Positions 29,976 through 43,244 are shown, counted from the stretch's first letter. The stretch is 64,000 nt of DNA from Eledone cirrhosa (GCA_964016885.1 OZ024742.1:293074001-293138000); one strand, 5' to 3'. Program-made: numbers and translations. The notes: generated by a model not told the origin, from the sequence alone.

Positions 29976-30559
29976 ACTGTATATTAGTGTTAGTTCCTAA
30001 AAATGTTAAAGAAGTATCCTTGCTTAATGAAGAGATACAAATATATATAAAGAAAATAAGGGAGACTCAGTTACACTCTATGTTAGTGTTGGCTCTTAAA
30101 ATGTTTGAGGCAAGCCAAATATGGTAATGAAAAGGTTAAAGAAGTATTCTTGTTTAATGAATAGATACAAATATATATAAAGGCAATTTCTTTCCCTTTC
30201 CAATTTCTTGTCAGTTAATGACACACTTTAAAATGTTATGATTGTATTTTTTTTTACTTGGTGTATTTATAGACGTAATTTTTACATCTGGTTTTCCTTA
30301 TGAACAAATCTTGAATAATTGTGCAAATTAGCGCCATTTGTATGAGTTGTTGAAGCATGTATTTCTTCTCTGTTAGGTAATTATCCTAATGTTAGTAAAT
30401 CAAAGCTAAACCAATGATGCTATTTATTCTCCAACTAGAATTACACTGAAACATAAAACATGAACGAATGCTTCAAATCCTAATCTTTGTATTCAGAATT
30501 AGAATCAAGTATCTTAGAATATTTTAACCACTGTGCTGTTCTTTAGTATATAACAGATA

Positions 30560-30725
30560 GGCACAGATATGACTGAGTGGTTAAAGGTGTTCACTTTATA
30601 ATTACATGGTTTTTTGTCTTCAGTTTCACCACAGTATGTATGTGTCTCCTTTTATAGCCTTGAGTTGACCAGTGCCTTGTGAATGAAATTTAGTGGATGG
30701 AAACTATGTGGAAACCTATTGTATG
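30560..30725 (+). mobile_element. Old tRNA-derived SINE (third family)
   Basis: tgactgagtggttaa A-box-like head; gccttgtgaatgaaatt..ggaaact tail. Confidence 0.5.
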
Positions 30726-31705
30726 TATATATATATATATATATATATAGTAAAAAAATTAAAATGTTGGGGGTTTATTTACAAATGCCGTTTTATAAGG
30801 AAAATAGGGTTTATATGTAAATAGTCATCAAATTACTTGGCTCATTGATACAGAAACCTTCTAAATAACCAAAATGTCAGTCATTGCATTTTTCAAACCC
30901 TATTTACCCTATATATGTGTGTGTGTGTGTTTATATTTACTGTCTGAGGAAGGAGCCCCACGAGGTGGGGTGGCTGTTGGAGCAGGTGTTGCAAGCCATT
31001 GTCTGCAGATATGCCTTTGCAATTTTGCCTGTAGGGCGCAGCCAAAACACCGCCCCAACCTAGGCATAGAATCTGTCACCCTCACCCCTTCCCTTCTCTT
31101 TCTTCTGTTGCCTAATAGTCCTTGCTCTTTCCCTCCTTTTCTTCTTATTTATGGCATTTTGTAGTCCTTTCTTTTACTTTCCTATACAGCCAGATCTGTC
31201 TTTCTTTGTCGCTTCCTTTACCCATTTTTTTCATTACTTAATTTTGTTTTTATCTTCTTTTTTTTAATATTTCCATCTTTGCATAATTTCTATTTGCAAA
31301 ATATAGTTGACATAATTTAGGTCAACTATATTTTAACGAAAGGAAACAATTTCATCCTGTGGTTTGATGTGACACCTATGTACTGCACTTTATGCTTCAT
31401 TTGGTGTGTGGTAAATTGGCAGTTAGAGTATGACACAAAATGCTTTGAACTATTTGTTATGGTTCCTTGCACTTTGAGTTCAGATCCTGCTGAGGTCAAT
31501 TTTACTCTTCATCCTTCCAAGGTTGGTAAAATAAAGTAGATTGGTATTTCTGGTATTTGTTCTGGCTGTTTGTGATCTAATTTCAGATTTTGCACTAACC
31601 TACTTGGGTGCTAGACTTAATCTATTGCTTGGTTTAATACCACGACATGGTCTATGGGTACCTTTAGCAGAGTCCACTCTGTTGCAAATATTCAGACTAG
31701 AACAT

Positions 31706-31950
31706 TCTTCTTCTTCACCCACTTATTCTTGAGAGAGTTGTTGGGGCAGAGTGGGTCCTGTCAGAATCAACCACCTCCAATTGATCCGGCTAGATCCCCA
31801 AGCAAGCCCAGCTAAGCTCATGGATGTTATCCAACCATCTTGCTTGGGGTCTACCCCTGGGTCTCCTGCCAGTTGGTTTTGCCCATAAAATCTGTCCAGC
31901 GATTCTTTCCTGAGATATTTTAACAACATGCCCATAGTATTGGAGCTGTG
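31706..31950 (-). pseudogene. Old RTE-type LINE 3' relic
   Basis: Minus strand encodes RRPRGRPQARWLDNI. Confidence 0.6.
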
Positions 31951-32767
31951 ATCTCTACATTCAAAATCACAAATAATTTTAAATCCATTTAGCTCCAACA
32001 TTATAATAACTAGCAGAAAAACCACCCTTCGGATGATTTTCTGCTAGCTCGTTTAGTGTGTATATTGATATTATACGCAAATATATATGCATGTAGATAT
32101 GATACATCAAATAAAATTGTAATTGACAATATGCACAGAAATTGAATGAAGTCTATGTTACACCCTCTTCTGCAATCAGTAAAGTAATCCATGATACATT
32201 TAAAAAAGACGATATTATATATAAACTGCATTAGGAGAAAATTAGCAACGGAAATATATGCAATGTTTTTATAAGTGTTGACATTTGAACATTTTAAAGA
32301 AGTGAATCTTTAAATAAGCAATAAAATATATTTTATCAAAAGTTACGAAATTTAGTACATAAATTATGTAATGTGCCAAAAGTAGAAACAATTATTTATT
32401 CAAAGTAATTCAACTTATTTTACAAATGGGGTAAAAAAAATATATTCTGGACGCAGTCCCTCAATCCTTTCTTTATTATAGTTAAGATTGTCACCATCAT
32501 TAAATCTGTTTTCCTTAACCCTAAATCTGCCAGCAACTACTTAATCAGTGCTACTGAGCCCTCTGATCAGCTAGAGGCTCACTTCTCACATACATTTCAT
32601 CTCACACTCTACAAGGTGCACTGGGTGTGTTTTATTGTGGCACGAGCACTAGAGAGGTTGTTGTGCCATCTACACAGCTGAAGAAACACCCCGAACACCC
32701 TGTTTGGAAAACTGTCTTAGCTATAATAAAGTATTGAGTACTCATTCTCGTGTCTTGGCAACATCAT

Positions 32768-32835
<68 letters not shown>

Positions 32836-32838
<3 letters not shown>

Positions 32839-32970
32839 TTTTAATATAGATGAGATTCTACAGGACTAGTCCTGTAGAATCTCATCTATATTAAAACTTT
32901 TATACTCTGCTATGTATTTAGTACCTTACTTACTGTGGTTACCTCCGATTCAACCCGAAATAACTTACCT
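32836..32970. mobile_element. 64-bp palindrome (32836-32899) plus tail; same family as 1161-1358
   Basis: Centre ggact|agtcc; tail tatactctgctatgtatt.agtaccttacttactgtggttacc shared with 1291-1333. Confidence 0.8.
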
Positions 32971-32981
32971 ATATATATATA

Positions 32982-33605
32982 TACTCGAGAGAAGGCTACG
33001 TTGGTATGGTCACGTGATGCGCATGAAAGACGATAGCTGTATAACAAAGTGCAGGGCAATAAAGATAGACGGTAGCCACGGAATAGGCAGACCCAGAAAA
33101 ACCTGGGACGAGCTGATAAATTCCGACCTCACACACTTACACCTCTCAAAGACAATGTCACTGGACCGAGACCTTTGGCGGTACTCAGTAATAGAGAAGA
33201 CCCGCCTTACCTAAATACAAAGTAAAACCTACTACAGTCAGTAGGCATCTCTAACAAAATACACCCCCGTCCCACCACCCCCACCCCATCCACACCGCCC
33301 CTTTCAATGTAAAGTTATGTTGGTGCCACAACATCCAGGCCGAAACAAATGAGATCGTGTAGGTGTCACGACAAAAAAACACACAGTTCACGCTGTAATG
33401 TGGCCGTGTAGGCAACACGGTAAAAACCTCCCAGCCCCACACTGTAAATGTGGTTGGTGTTAGGAAGGGCATCCAGCTGTAGAAAACCCGCCAGATAGTC
33501 CTATGCGAGCAAGATAATCACTCTTGCCTCAAGTGGGAAAACTCCCGTCCAAACCCATGCAAGTGTGGAACACGGACGTTAAACGTTGATGATGATGATG
33601 ATGAT
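32982..33605 (+). mobile_element. R2 subfamily B LINE 3' end
   Basis: LERRLRWYGHVMRM; 3' UTR; (GAT)n. Confidence 0.9.
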
Positions 33606-33607
33606 AT

Positions 33608-33880
33608 ATAAAAGAAAACTTTTTTCGCCCGACATGGCTGAATATAATAAATGTAATCTGAGTTTTTCGAATATTAATAATAACATTCGATTCGATTCGT
33701 TTGAAATTATGCAAACAAGCCTCAATTTTATAGCCATGTCAGTAGAATGAACCCTTCATTCTTGCTCTTGTGTTTACATACCAACACAAGAGCATGACAT
33801 GGCTATAAAATTCAGGCTTGTTTGCATAATTGCAAACGAATCGAATGTTATTATTAATATTCAAAAAACTCAGATTACAT
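33608..33880. mobile_element. Inverted arms (33651-33741 and 33795-33880) plus tail; probable mini-PLE
   Basis: Arms visible; spacer has its own hairpin tgctcttgtgtt/aacacaagagca. Confidence 0.65.
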
Positions 33881-33946
33881 ACATATATATATATATATGC
33901 TTTTCAAAAGTAGAGTTGAGATGGAGCGTCTGTGGTTTTTCTGACA

Positions 33947-34019
<73 letters not shown>

Positions 34020-34034
34020 GTATATATATATATG

Positions 34035-34066
<32 letters not shown>

Positions 34067-34072
34067 TACATG

Positions 34073-34135
<63 letters not shown>

Positions 34136-34136
34136 G

Positions 34137-34168
<32 letters not shown>

Positions 34169-34176
34169 TATACATG

Positions 34177-34208
<32 letters not shown>

Positions 34209-34230
34209 TATACATGTATATATATACATG

Positions 34231-34342
<112 letters not shown>

Positions 34343-34381
34343 GGCGATGAATTAGTTTTGCGAGGTTTTAGATATATATAT

Positions 34382-34759
34382 GGAGGCACATGGCTTAGTG
34401 GTTAGAGCATTGGCCTTGCAATCAAAAGGTTGTGAGGTCAATTCTCAGACCGGGTGATGTGTTGTTTCCTTGAGCAAGACACTTTATTTCACATTGTTCC
34501 AGTTTACTCAGCTGTAGAAATGAGATGATAGGGACTGGGGTCCCTATCATTCCACTGCAAAGTGGTCGTGGAGGTGCCACGGCAAAAAAGCACCCAGCCC
34601 ACACTGTAAAGTGGACGTGTAGGCACCATGAAAAAAAGCACCCAGCACTCACTGTAAATGTGGTTGGTGTTAGGAAGGGCATCCAGCTGTAGAAATCAAG
34701 CCAGAATCAGTTCCTGTCCCACCCTAGCAAGCAGGGAAAAAGCGAACGTATGATGATGA
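34382..34759 (+). mobile_element. SINE S1, full length
   Basis: tRNA head, central domain, hairpin atgatagggac-tgggg-tccctatcat, ~160 bp nearly identical to R2A 3' UTR 10505-10663. Confidence 0.9.
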
Positions 34760-35260
34760 AGATATATATATATTTCAATTAAAGGTTAATTAGTCTCTAA
34801 TACTTAAACATCTCAATGAGAGAAATCTCTCAGAGAAGTAATATGTATATATTAAAATTAAGTGAGAAAAAACTCTAATTACGCGAGTACAAGATAGACA
34901 AAGAAATTATTCTATCTAACCCCTTTGTATATATAATGAATAATGGGTGAAGACTGGTAAATGAATGAATACAAACAGTCCTATTCCATTAGTCGACCAC
35001 TAGAAATATGTTGTTTCATTGCATATATATATATATATTCTTCAAATTGGCTGACTGAATATTCACGTTTTTTTGCCCCCCACCCCCCATTTTTTTTCTC
35101 AATTTTCCCCTTTCCTTCCTCTTCTCACTCTTTATCTTCCTATTTTATCTTTTATTTCTAACTCATCATCATCATCATCATCATCGTTTAACGTCCCTGT
35201 TCCACACTTGCATGGGTTTGGACATTTCTAATTTCTCATTCTTAGTGTCCAAAACGTTAA

Positions 35261-35480
35261 CCCTTTAATGTTTAAACCGGTCAAAACCGGCCAGAATTCT
35301 CTACCTCTTTCTCTTGAAACTGGATGTAACTGGTTGCTCAAACTGATGTTAAGGTATTATTCTCAAAATAAATACTTTCAAAATCTCATAGATTCGATAT
35401 TATGTGAGATAATTGTGCGAGGTAAAGCCTTTACCATGAAAATATAATAGTATATATAGAATAATGTGAATGCTAAAGGG
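35261..35480. mobile_element. piggyBac-type MITE
   Basis: TTAA TSD; cccttta/taaaggg termini. Confidence 0.8.
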
Positions 35481-35572
35481 TTAAGGCTCTTTTTTGCTTT
35501 GTTATTTTTGCTTTGTTATTTTTGTTTACTTTTTACACACAGATATATATCATCATCATATATATATATATA

Positions 35573-36716
35573 CAACGAATATAGTGAAGAGTTTAGCGTA
35601 AAAGTTGGCATCCATCAGGGCTCTGTTCTCAGCCCCCTACTATTTATTATTGCCCTTCAGGCTATAACAGAGGAGTTCAAGACCGGTTGCCCATGGGAAC
35701 TCCTATACGCAGATGACCTAACACTCATAGCTGAATCAATGGCCGAGCTAGAGAAGAAATTCCAAACATGGAAGCACGGCCTAGAATCAAAAGGCCTTAA
35801 AATTAACCTGGCTAAGACTAAAGTTATAGTTTGTAAGAAAGAAAATAAGGCGGCGGTCCCTTCCGGGAAGTGGCCATGCTCAGTGTGTAGGAAAGGCGTA
35901 GGTAGAAACTCCATTTTGTGCCCCAAATGCAAAGTATGGGTGCATAAAAGATGTAGTGGGATCACAGGTAAGCTAACTAAGAACATAGATTTTACATGTG
36001 GCCGGTGCTCTGGTGCAATAAGTAGCAGCAAGTGCCCACAAAATACTAGCTCTTTCAACTGCGCAGAGGGTTCTATAAAAATAGTGGACAGCTTCCGTTA
36101 CCTGGGTGACAAAATCAGCAGTGGGGGAGGGTGCTCTGAAAGTACAGTAGCTAGAGTCAGAACTGGATGGAAAAAGTTCAGAGAGCTTATACCACTATTA
36201 GCTGCTAAAGGTTCTCCCTAAAAATGAAAGGCAGGTTGTATGATGCCTGCATACGAACAGCAATGTTGCATGGCAGTGAGACCTGGGCATTGTGTGCAGA
36301 GGATATACGCAGACTAGAGAGGAACGAAGCTTGCATGCTCCGCTGGATGTGTAATAGTAATATACGTGAACGGCAAAGCATAAACGAACTAAGGAAAAAA
36401 TTAGAAATAAGAGGGATCAGATGTTGTTTACTCGAGAGAAGGCTACGTTGGTATGGTCACGTGATGCGCATGAAAGACGATAGCTGTATAACAAAGTGCA
36501 GGGCAATAAAGATAGACGGTAGCCACGGAATAGGCAGACCCAGAAAAACCTGGGACGACCTGATAAATTCCGACCTCACACACTTACACCTCTCCAAGAC
36601 AATGTCACTGGACCGAGACCTTTGGCGGTACTCAGTAATAGAGAAGACCCGCCTTACCTAAATACAAAGTAAAATCTACTACAGTCAGTAGGCATCTCTA
36701 ACAAAATACACCCCCG
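35573..36716 (+). mobile_element. R2 subfamily B LINE, truncated at both ends
   Basis: GIHQGS, LLYADD, intact PHD, one frameshift near 36210. Confidence 0.9.
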
Positions 36717-36760
36717 ATATATATATATATATTTTACACACACACACAGATATATATCAT

Positions 36761-36855
<95 letters not shown>

Positions 36856-37973
36856 GATTGGTGTTATGAAGGACATCCATCTATAGAAACCAGGCCTAAT
36901 ATTGAATATAAGAGCAACATGAGGTTGTTCCAACCTCTCTGATCTCATGACAACCTACACAACCCATGCCAGTGTATGTGTGTGTGTGTATATAAGTGTG
37001 TTTGTATGCATGTGTGTGCGCATGCATGCATGTGTGCGCATACATGTGTGTGTCTGTGTGTGTCTGTGTGTGTGTGTGCAGAAACCTTCATGTGGTGAAT
37101 GTTTCATAAAAACTATTTCTGCCTTAATATTAAAGATGAAATGAGTTAAACGACACCCACCCACCACCCACTCCATATTTATTTTTATTTAGTTTCCACA
37201 TAAAAAGTTAAAAGATCTTCAGTCAGTTTACAGATTCCATGTAATAAAAAAATATTTTCTTGTCATATTTTTTCAGTAAACATTAAGATTCACTGGAAAT
37301 AAAGTGACATGAGAACATACACATGTAGACAAATGCTCATACAAACTTACATATACACGTACACACTCACACATTCACACATACACACATTCATACATTC
37401 ATTTATAAACTCATACACACAACAAATGATCACACACAAACTTACATACACACATACACACTCACACAATGATACTCACACCACACACACACACACTCAT
37501 ATATAAACTCACACACACACAACAAATGTGTACATACACACCTCACATGCACATGCATACACACTCGCACACATACACACATATATTCATACACAGACAA
37601 TTGTGTACATACAAACTTTACATGCACATACATACCCACTCATGCACACACACACATGCAAACACACACGCGCACACACAAAGGCACACGCACATGAGAA
37701 CATATACGTAGACAAATGTACACATGCAAACTCATATATACACACGCAGATACATACTCACATACACATATAAACATATACATACAAACTCAGACACACC
37801 TGCATACAGACATACACAGACCCAAAACTTAAACATACACACTGTAACAATGTGTAAATGCACATACACACACACATACACAAACTCAAACATACACGCA
37901 CACATACATGCATCCAAACATACATGCACACATACATGCATCCAAACATACATGCACACATACATGCATCCAA

Positions 37974-38269
37974 TGAAGAGTTTACAAATCCAGTATCCAA
38001 GATACACCTTTAGCTTCATATCCATCATTATTGAAGCTACGGGTTATATACCAACCCGCTTGGACCAAAGTATGACTGAACTTGGATTTGCGGACAAAGA
38101 GCGCAGCTCCCTAATTCATAATCTACAAATGGCTGCGATAGCTGGCACCTTCAAAATTTGCAAAACATTCTTGCAATTCAAGGGATGACAATTTCTTTTC
38201 TTTTACAACCTTGCCACCAGGAACGTGGCCAGTTAAAAAAATATACTCGAAATTAAGAGAAAGAGATAA
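37974..38269 (+). mobile_element. 5'-truncated R4/Dong-like (RLE-type) non-LTR element
   Basis: LQIQYPRYTFSFISIIIEATGYIP...LQMAAIAGTFKICKTFL* resembles RLE C-termini (IIIGALG / GTVKICKTF); catccaa on both sides. Confidence 0.7.
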
Positions 38270-38498
38270 CATCCAAACATGCATGCAAATTTTTGAGGAA
38301 CTATATTTTGTTAACAAAAGATGTTGTATGTAAGTTTAAAAGGTTAGAGTCTATTCCAAGCCTTGTGGCTCATCAGGTTGATGCTTTTCCTAGTTTCATT
38401 TGTGTTATGTGACTGAGAGTAAAAAGCTCCCCATGCATAGAACACCAGTCAAGGTTAATCCCAGCAGTCAGATAGAGGATATGAAATCATGGCATTAA

Positions 38499-38680
38499 CC
38501 CTTTAGCATTTATATTACTTTATATTTTACTATTAAATTTCCATGGTAAACACTTTATCTCATATAATTATCTCACATAATATCGAATCTATGAGATTTT
38601 GATATTATTTATTTTGACTGGTTTGAACAGAAAGAAGTGAGAGAATTCTGGCCAATATGACCGGTTTAAATGCTAAAGAG
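38499..38680. mobile_element. piggyBac-type MITE
   Basis: TTAA TSD; reverse orientation relative to 27622. Confidence 0.8.
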
Positions 38681-38729
38681 TTAAGATTGTCATCCCAACA
38701 TTCTAATCACTAGGCTACGTGCTTTCACA

Positions 38730-39010
38730 GCTCTGGCATTCTGGGTTGACAAAGATCTCACTGACCCCTTGTACAGGTCACCACCAACGCAACTGTGACA
38801 TGTGTATGTACATTTTGTCCTATGCTCTAACGATTCTGTAAATTCCTTTATATAAATTCTTCTGTAATACTTTTTAATGTTTCTACAGTACTTTATATTA
38901 CATTTTGTAAAGAACAGCATCATCAGTTGCAGGTTTTCAATGGGCCAATCACTGGTTCACTGTATTTATGATGGCAAGGGAGTATCTGGCCAAGTTGGGC
39001 TGAACAAATA
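38730..39010 (+). pseudogene. Possible ancient hAT transposase relic
   Basis: CIYDGKGVSGQ resembles the hAT GQxYDGA..MSG motif; heavily decayed. Confidence 0.25.
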
Positions 39011-39093
39011 CTACAAGGTAAGTTTATATATTACTGGTTTGTCAATTTTTTCTCTGATGCTTAATTCTTTTGCTAATATATGAGTGAAAGATA

Positions 39094-42000
39094 TCATCAT
39101 CATCATCATCATCGTTTAACGTCCATTTTCCATGCTAGCATGGGTCTGGATGGGAATTGTCCCACTTGAGGCAAGATTGGTTGTCTTGCTCAGGACTGTC
39201 TGGTGGGTTTTCTATGGCTGGATGCTCTTCCTAACACCAACCACATTTACAGTGTGGACTGGGAGGTTTTTACCGTGTTACCTACACGGCCACATTACAG
39301 CGTGGACTGTGACTTATTGTCGTGACACCTACACGTCTGGCAGGTTTTCTATGGCTGGGTGCCCTTCCCAACACCAACCACGTTTACAGTGTGTACTGGG
39401 AGGTTTTTACCGTGTTACCTACACGGCCACATTACAGCGCGAACTGTGTGTTTTTTTGTCGTGACACCTACACGACCTCATTTGTTTCGGACTGGATGTT
39501 GTGGTACCAATATAACTTCACATTTAAGGGGTGGGGGGTGGTAGTGGGGGGGGGGGGGGTGTACTTTGTTAGAGGTGCCTACTGACTGTAGGTTTCGCTT
39601 TGTATTTAGGCAAGGCGGGTGTTCTGTATAACTGTGTAGTGCCAAAGATCTCGGTCCAGTGACATTGTCTTGGAGAGGTGTAAGTGTGTGAGGTCGGAAT
39701 TTATCAAGTCGTCCCAGGTTTTTCTGGGTCTGCCTACTCCGTGGCTACCGTCTATTTTTATCGCCCTGCACTTTTTTATACAGCTGTCAACTTTCATGCG
39801 CATCACGTGACTGTACCAACGTAGTCTTCTCTCGAGTAAACAACATCTGATCCCTCTTATTTCTAATTTCTCCCTTAGTACGTTTATGCTTTGCCGTTCA
39901 CGTATATTACTATTACACATCCAGCGGAGCATGCAAGCTTCGTTCCTCTCTAGTCTGCGTATATCCTCTGCACACAATACCCAGGTCTCACTGCCATGTA
40001 ACATTGCTGTTCGTATGCAGGCATCATACAGCCTGCCTTTCATTTTTAGAGAGAACTCTTTAGCGGCCAATAGTGGTATAAGCTCTCTGAACTTTTTCCA
40101 TCCCGTTCTGACTCTAGCTACTGTACTTTCAGAGCACCCTTCCCCACTGCTGATTTTGTCACCCAGGTAACGGAAGGTGTCCACTATTTCTATAGAACCA
40201 TCTGTGCAATGGAATGAGCTAGTATTCTGTGGGCACTTGCTGCTACTTATTGAACCAGAGCACCGGCCACATATAAAATCTATATTCTTAGTTAGCTTAC
40301 CTGTGATCCCACTACATCTTTTATGCACCCATACTTTGCATTTGCGACATAAAATGGAGTTTCTGCCTACTCCTTTCCTACACACTGAGCATGGCCATTT
40401 CCCAAATAGGACCGGTGCCCTATTTTCCTTCCTACAAACTAGAACTTTAGTCTTAGACAAGTTAACTTTAAGGCCTTTTGATTCTAGGCCATGCTTCCAT
40501 GTTTGGAATTTCTTCTCTAGTTCGGCCATTGATTCGGCTATGAGCGTTAGATCATCTGCATATAGGAGTTCCCATGGGCAGCTGGTCTTGAACTCCTCTG
40601 TTATAGCCTGAAGGGCAATAATAAATTGTAGGGGGTTAAGGACGGAGCCCTGATGAACACCAACTTTTACGCTAAACTCTTCACTATATTCGTTGTTAAT
40701 TCTAACTTTGCTGACTGTTTCTTTATACATAGCTTGTATAGATCTCACAAGCCATTCATCAACACCTAGTTTTCTAAGGGCCCACCAGATAATCGAGCGG
40801 AGTACTCTGTCAAAGGCTTTCTCCAAGTCAACAAAGGCTAAGTATAGGGGTTTACTTTTAGCTAGGTACTTCTCCTGTAGTTGCCATACAATGAAGAGAG
40901 CGTCTGTTGTACTTTTACCTGACACAAACCCGAACTGCATTTCGTCTAGATCAATTCGCTCTCTGATTAGTTGTGCTATTACTTTTTCTGTGACCTTCAT
41001 GACCTGGTCAATTAATTTAATGCCTCGATAGTTTCCCCTATCTAGGCCATCACCTTTACCCATGTAGCAGTTAATGATGATGCTGCTGCGCCAGTCCTTC
41101 GGAACGACCCCATTCTGTATGACTTGGTTTACTATCCGAGTGACCATAGTGTGTCCTACTGTTCCAGATGCTTTCAGCATTTCAGCAACTATTTCCGAAG
41201 GCCCGGCCGCCTTGCCCATCTTCATGTCTTTGATCGCCTTACTTATTACTTGCACTGCTGGTCCCTCTATTGGGTCGATGTGGGGGAGACTGTCTTTCTC
41301 CCAATTATTCTCTTCAGTTAGTAGCCTTTCGTAGTAACACTTCCAAGCTACCTTCTTATCAGTGTCAGTGATGGAAAGTACACCATCATCATTAAGGACA
41401 CACTTCTCCCCGACAATATCACTGTTTTCCTTGACACATTGCCTAGCAATCCTGAACACCTCACGTTTTTGGTCCTCGCGTTGTAGAACATGCTTGAACT
41501 TTCTTTCCTCTGCTTCCCTTCTTGCGAAGTACACTTGTCTCCTAGCTTCCCTCCTGGCCACTTGATAGTCTTCTCTACTTCTCCCATCCCGCCATGCTTT
41601 CCAAGCCTACTTTTTGGCCTTGATTGACCCCTCCACCTTACTGTTCCACCACCAAGTTACTCTCCTCCTGCCTATAGGTCTGCTCCAGCCACAGGTTTCA
41701 TCTGTCGCCTTCAGCAGGTTAGCTTTCAGGAATTCCCACTATTCCTCTATATTTTGCGACTCTAATTGCTCTTCCTTACTATCAAAAGCATCAAGTAATA
41801 TGCTTTTAAATTTATTACTGGCTGTGGGGTCTTTTAACTTCCATATTTTTCTCCTGAGGATAGTCCTCTTCTGTTTTCGAGTACGTCTCGTCCTGACTAT
41901 GAGGTCACTAATTATGAGTCTATGTTGAGAGGTGCATTCTTCATAGGGGAGGGATTTAGTGTTTACAACAGACACTCTGTCACATCTCCTGGTAAGGATA

Positions 42001-42710
42001 TAATCTACCTGGCTTGTGTGTTCCCCCGATCTATAGGTGATCAAGTGATTGTCTCGTTTTTTGAAGTTAGTGTTGCAGATAGTTAGGTTATTTGCGTCAC
42101 AGAATTCCAGGATTCTGGAGCCTTCCTCATTTCTAGTACCAAACCCATAGCCTCCATGGATTCCATCATAGCCGTCACAATGTTGTCCAACGTGACCATT
42201 TAGGTCGCCAGCGATAACTATGTAGTCACTGTCAGTTATTTGGGAGGTAGTAAGCATTAACGTCTCATAGAATCTGTCTTTTATAACGCCAGGCAGTCCG
42301 GATTGTGGTGCATATGCAGATATTGTCACAGTAGTTCTATTGAGGACAAGTCTTATTTTAATTATTCTGTCGTTCACTCTATTTACGTCTATTATCTTAC
42401 CTGCCCACTTTTCTGCTACCATGATTCCTACTCCACCCAGCCCATTGTCATTTCCCACCCAGAAAAGCTTATAACATCGTTCTTTACCCACAATGAATCT
42501 AGCAGACCCACCCCTCCACCTGGTCTCTTGAATACAACAAACATCGACCTCCTTACGTTCAAGCATTTCTACAACCTCGTTAGAGCGACCCTTTAAGGTG
42601 CCTACATTCATGGTACCAACTCTGAAGTTTTGGATTGCGTTTGGAGGGTGGGAGCGGTGGGGCGCAGGGGGAGGTGGAGGAGATGGGGTTATGTTATCTA
42701 ACACCATCTC
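39094..42710 (-). mobile_element. Near full-length R2 subfamily B LINE
   Basis: APE (TMNVGTL, CIQETR, AYAPQ, GDLNGH, VDYIL, SQH) and RT in one frame; 3' UTR with tandem units; (GAT)n tail. Confidence 0.93.
39606..42707 (-). pseudogene. APE-RT ORF with internal PHD finger; two in-frame TAG stops (41739-41741 and 41607-41609)
   Basis: ORFs 41739-42764 and 39606-41561 share a frame, and the gap translates as WEFLKANLL...VTWWWN. Confidence 0.9.
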
Positions 42711-43244
42711 ATATATATATATGTCAGGCCTTTTCACAGTTTCTGTTAACCAAACTCCACTCACAAGTCTTCAATTTGAAGCTGTGCAGTGGGATCAAAC
42801 CTGGAACCATGTGTCTGCAAAGAAAAAAGCTTAACCACACAGCTATGACTGTGTCCACAATATTATATCTGTGCCAACACATCCATATGTAATCACTTCT
42901 TTACCCTTTCCAGGGCATATAAGCCCTTAATCATGATATATTTTTATCTAAATTCCAGACTAAAAAAATGATTATTCATAAAGATTATAGTACTTAAGTC
43001 TTATTATCTTCTAAATTTTCCATTTTTTTCATTTATTTTCACAGACATTATTGGTTTATTTTATTATTAAAAAAAAAAGCCGAACACATTTTAACATTTT
43101 TACTGTTTTTACAAAAAATGTCATTTCTTGAAGATAATTAATGCCAAAATTGTACATTTTCAGAATATTTCTTTAAAGTAATGATAGAATCTGTGATTGT
43201 CACAGCTGTGTAAAGAAAACATGTTATAGCAAACAAATTCAAAA

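Noticed and set aside
30940-31080. Hammerhead at ctgaggaagg...gaatctgtc
   Set aside because: The GAAA core and stems I and III are not satisfied.
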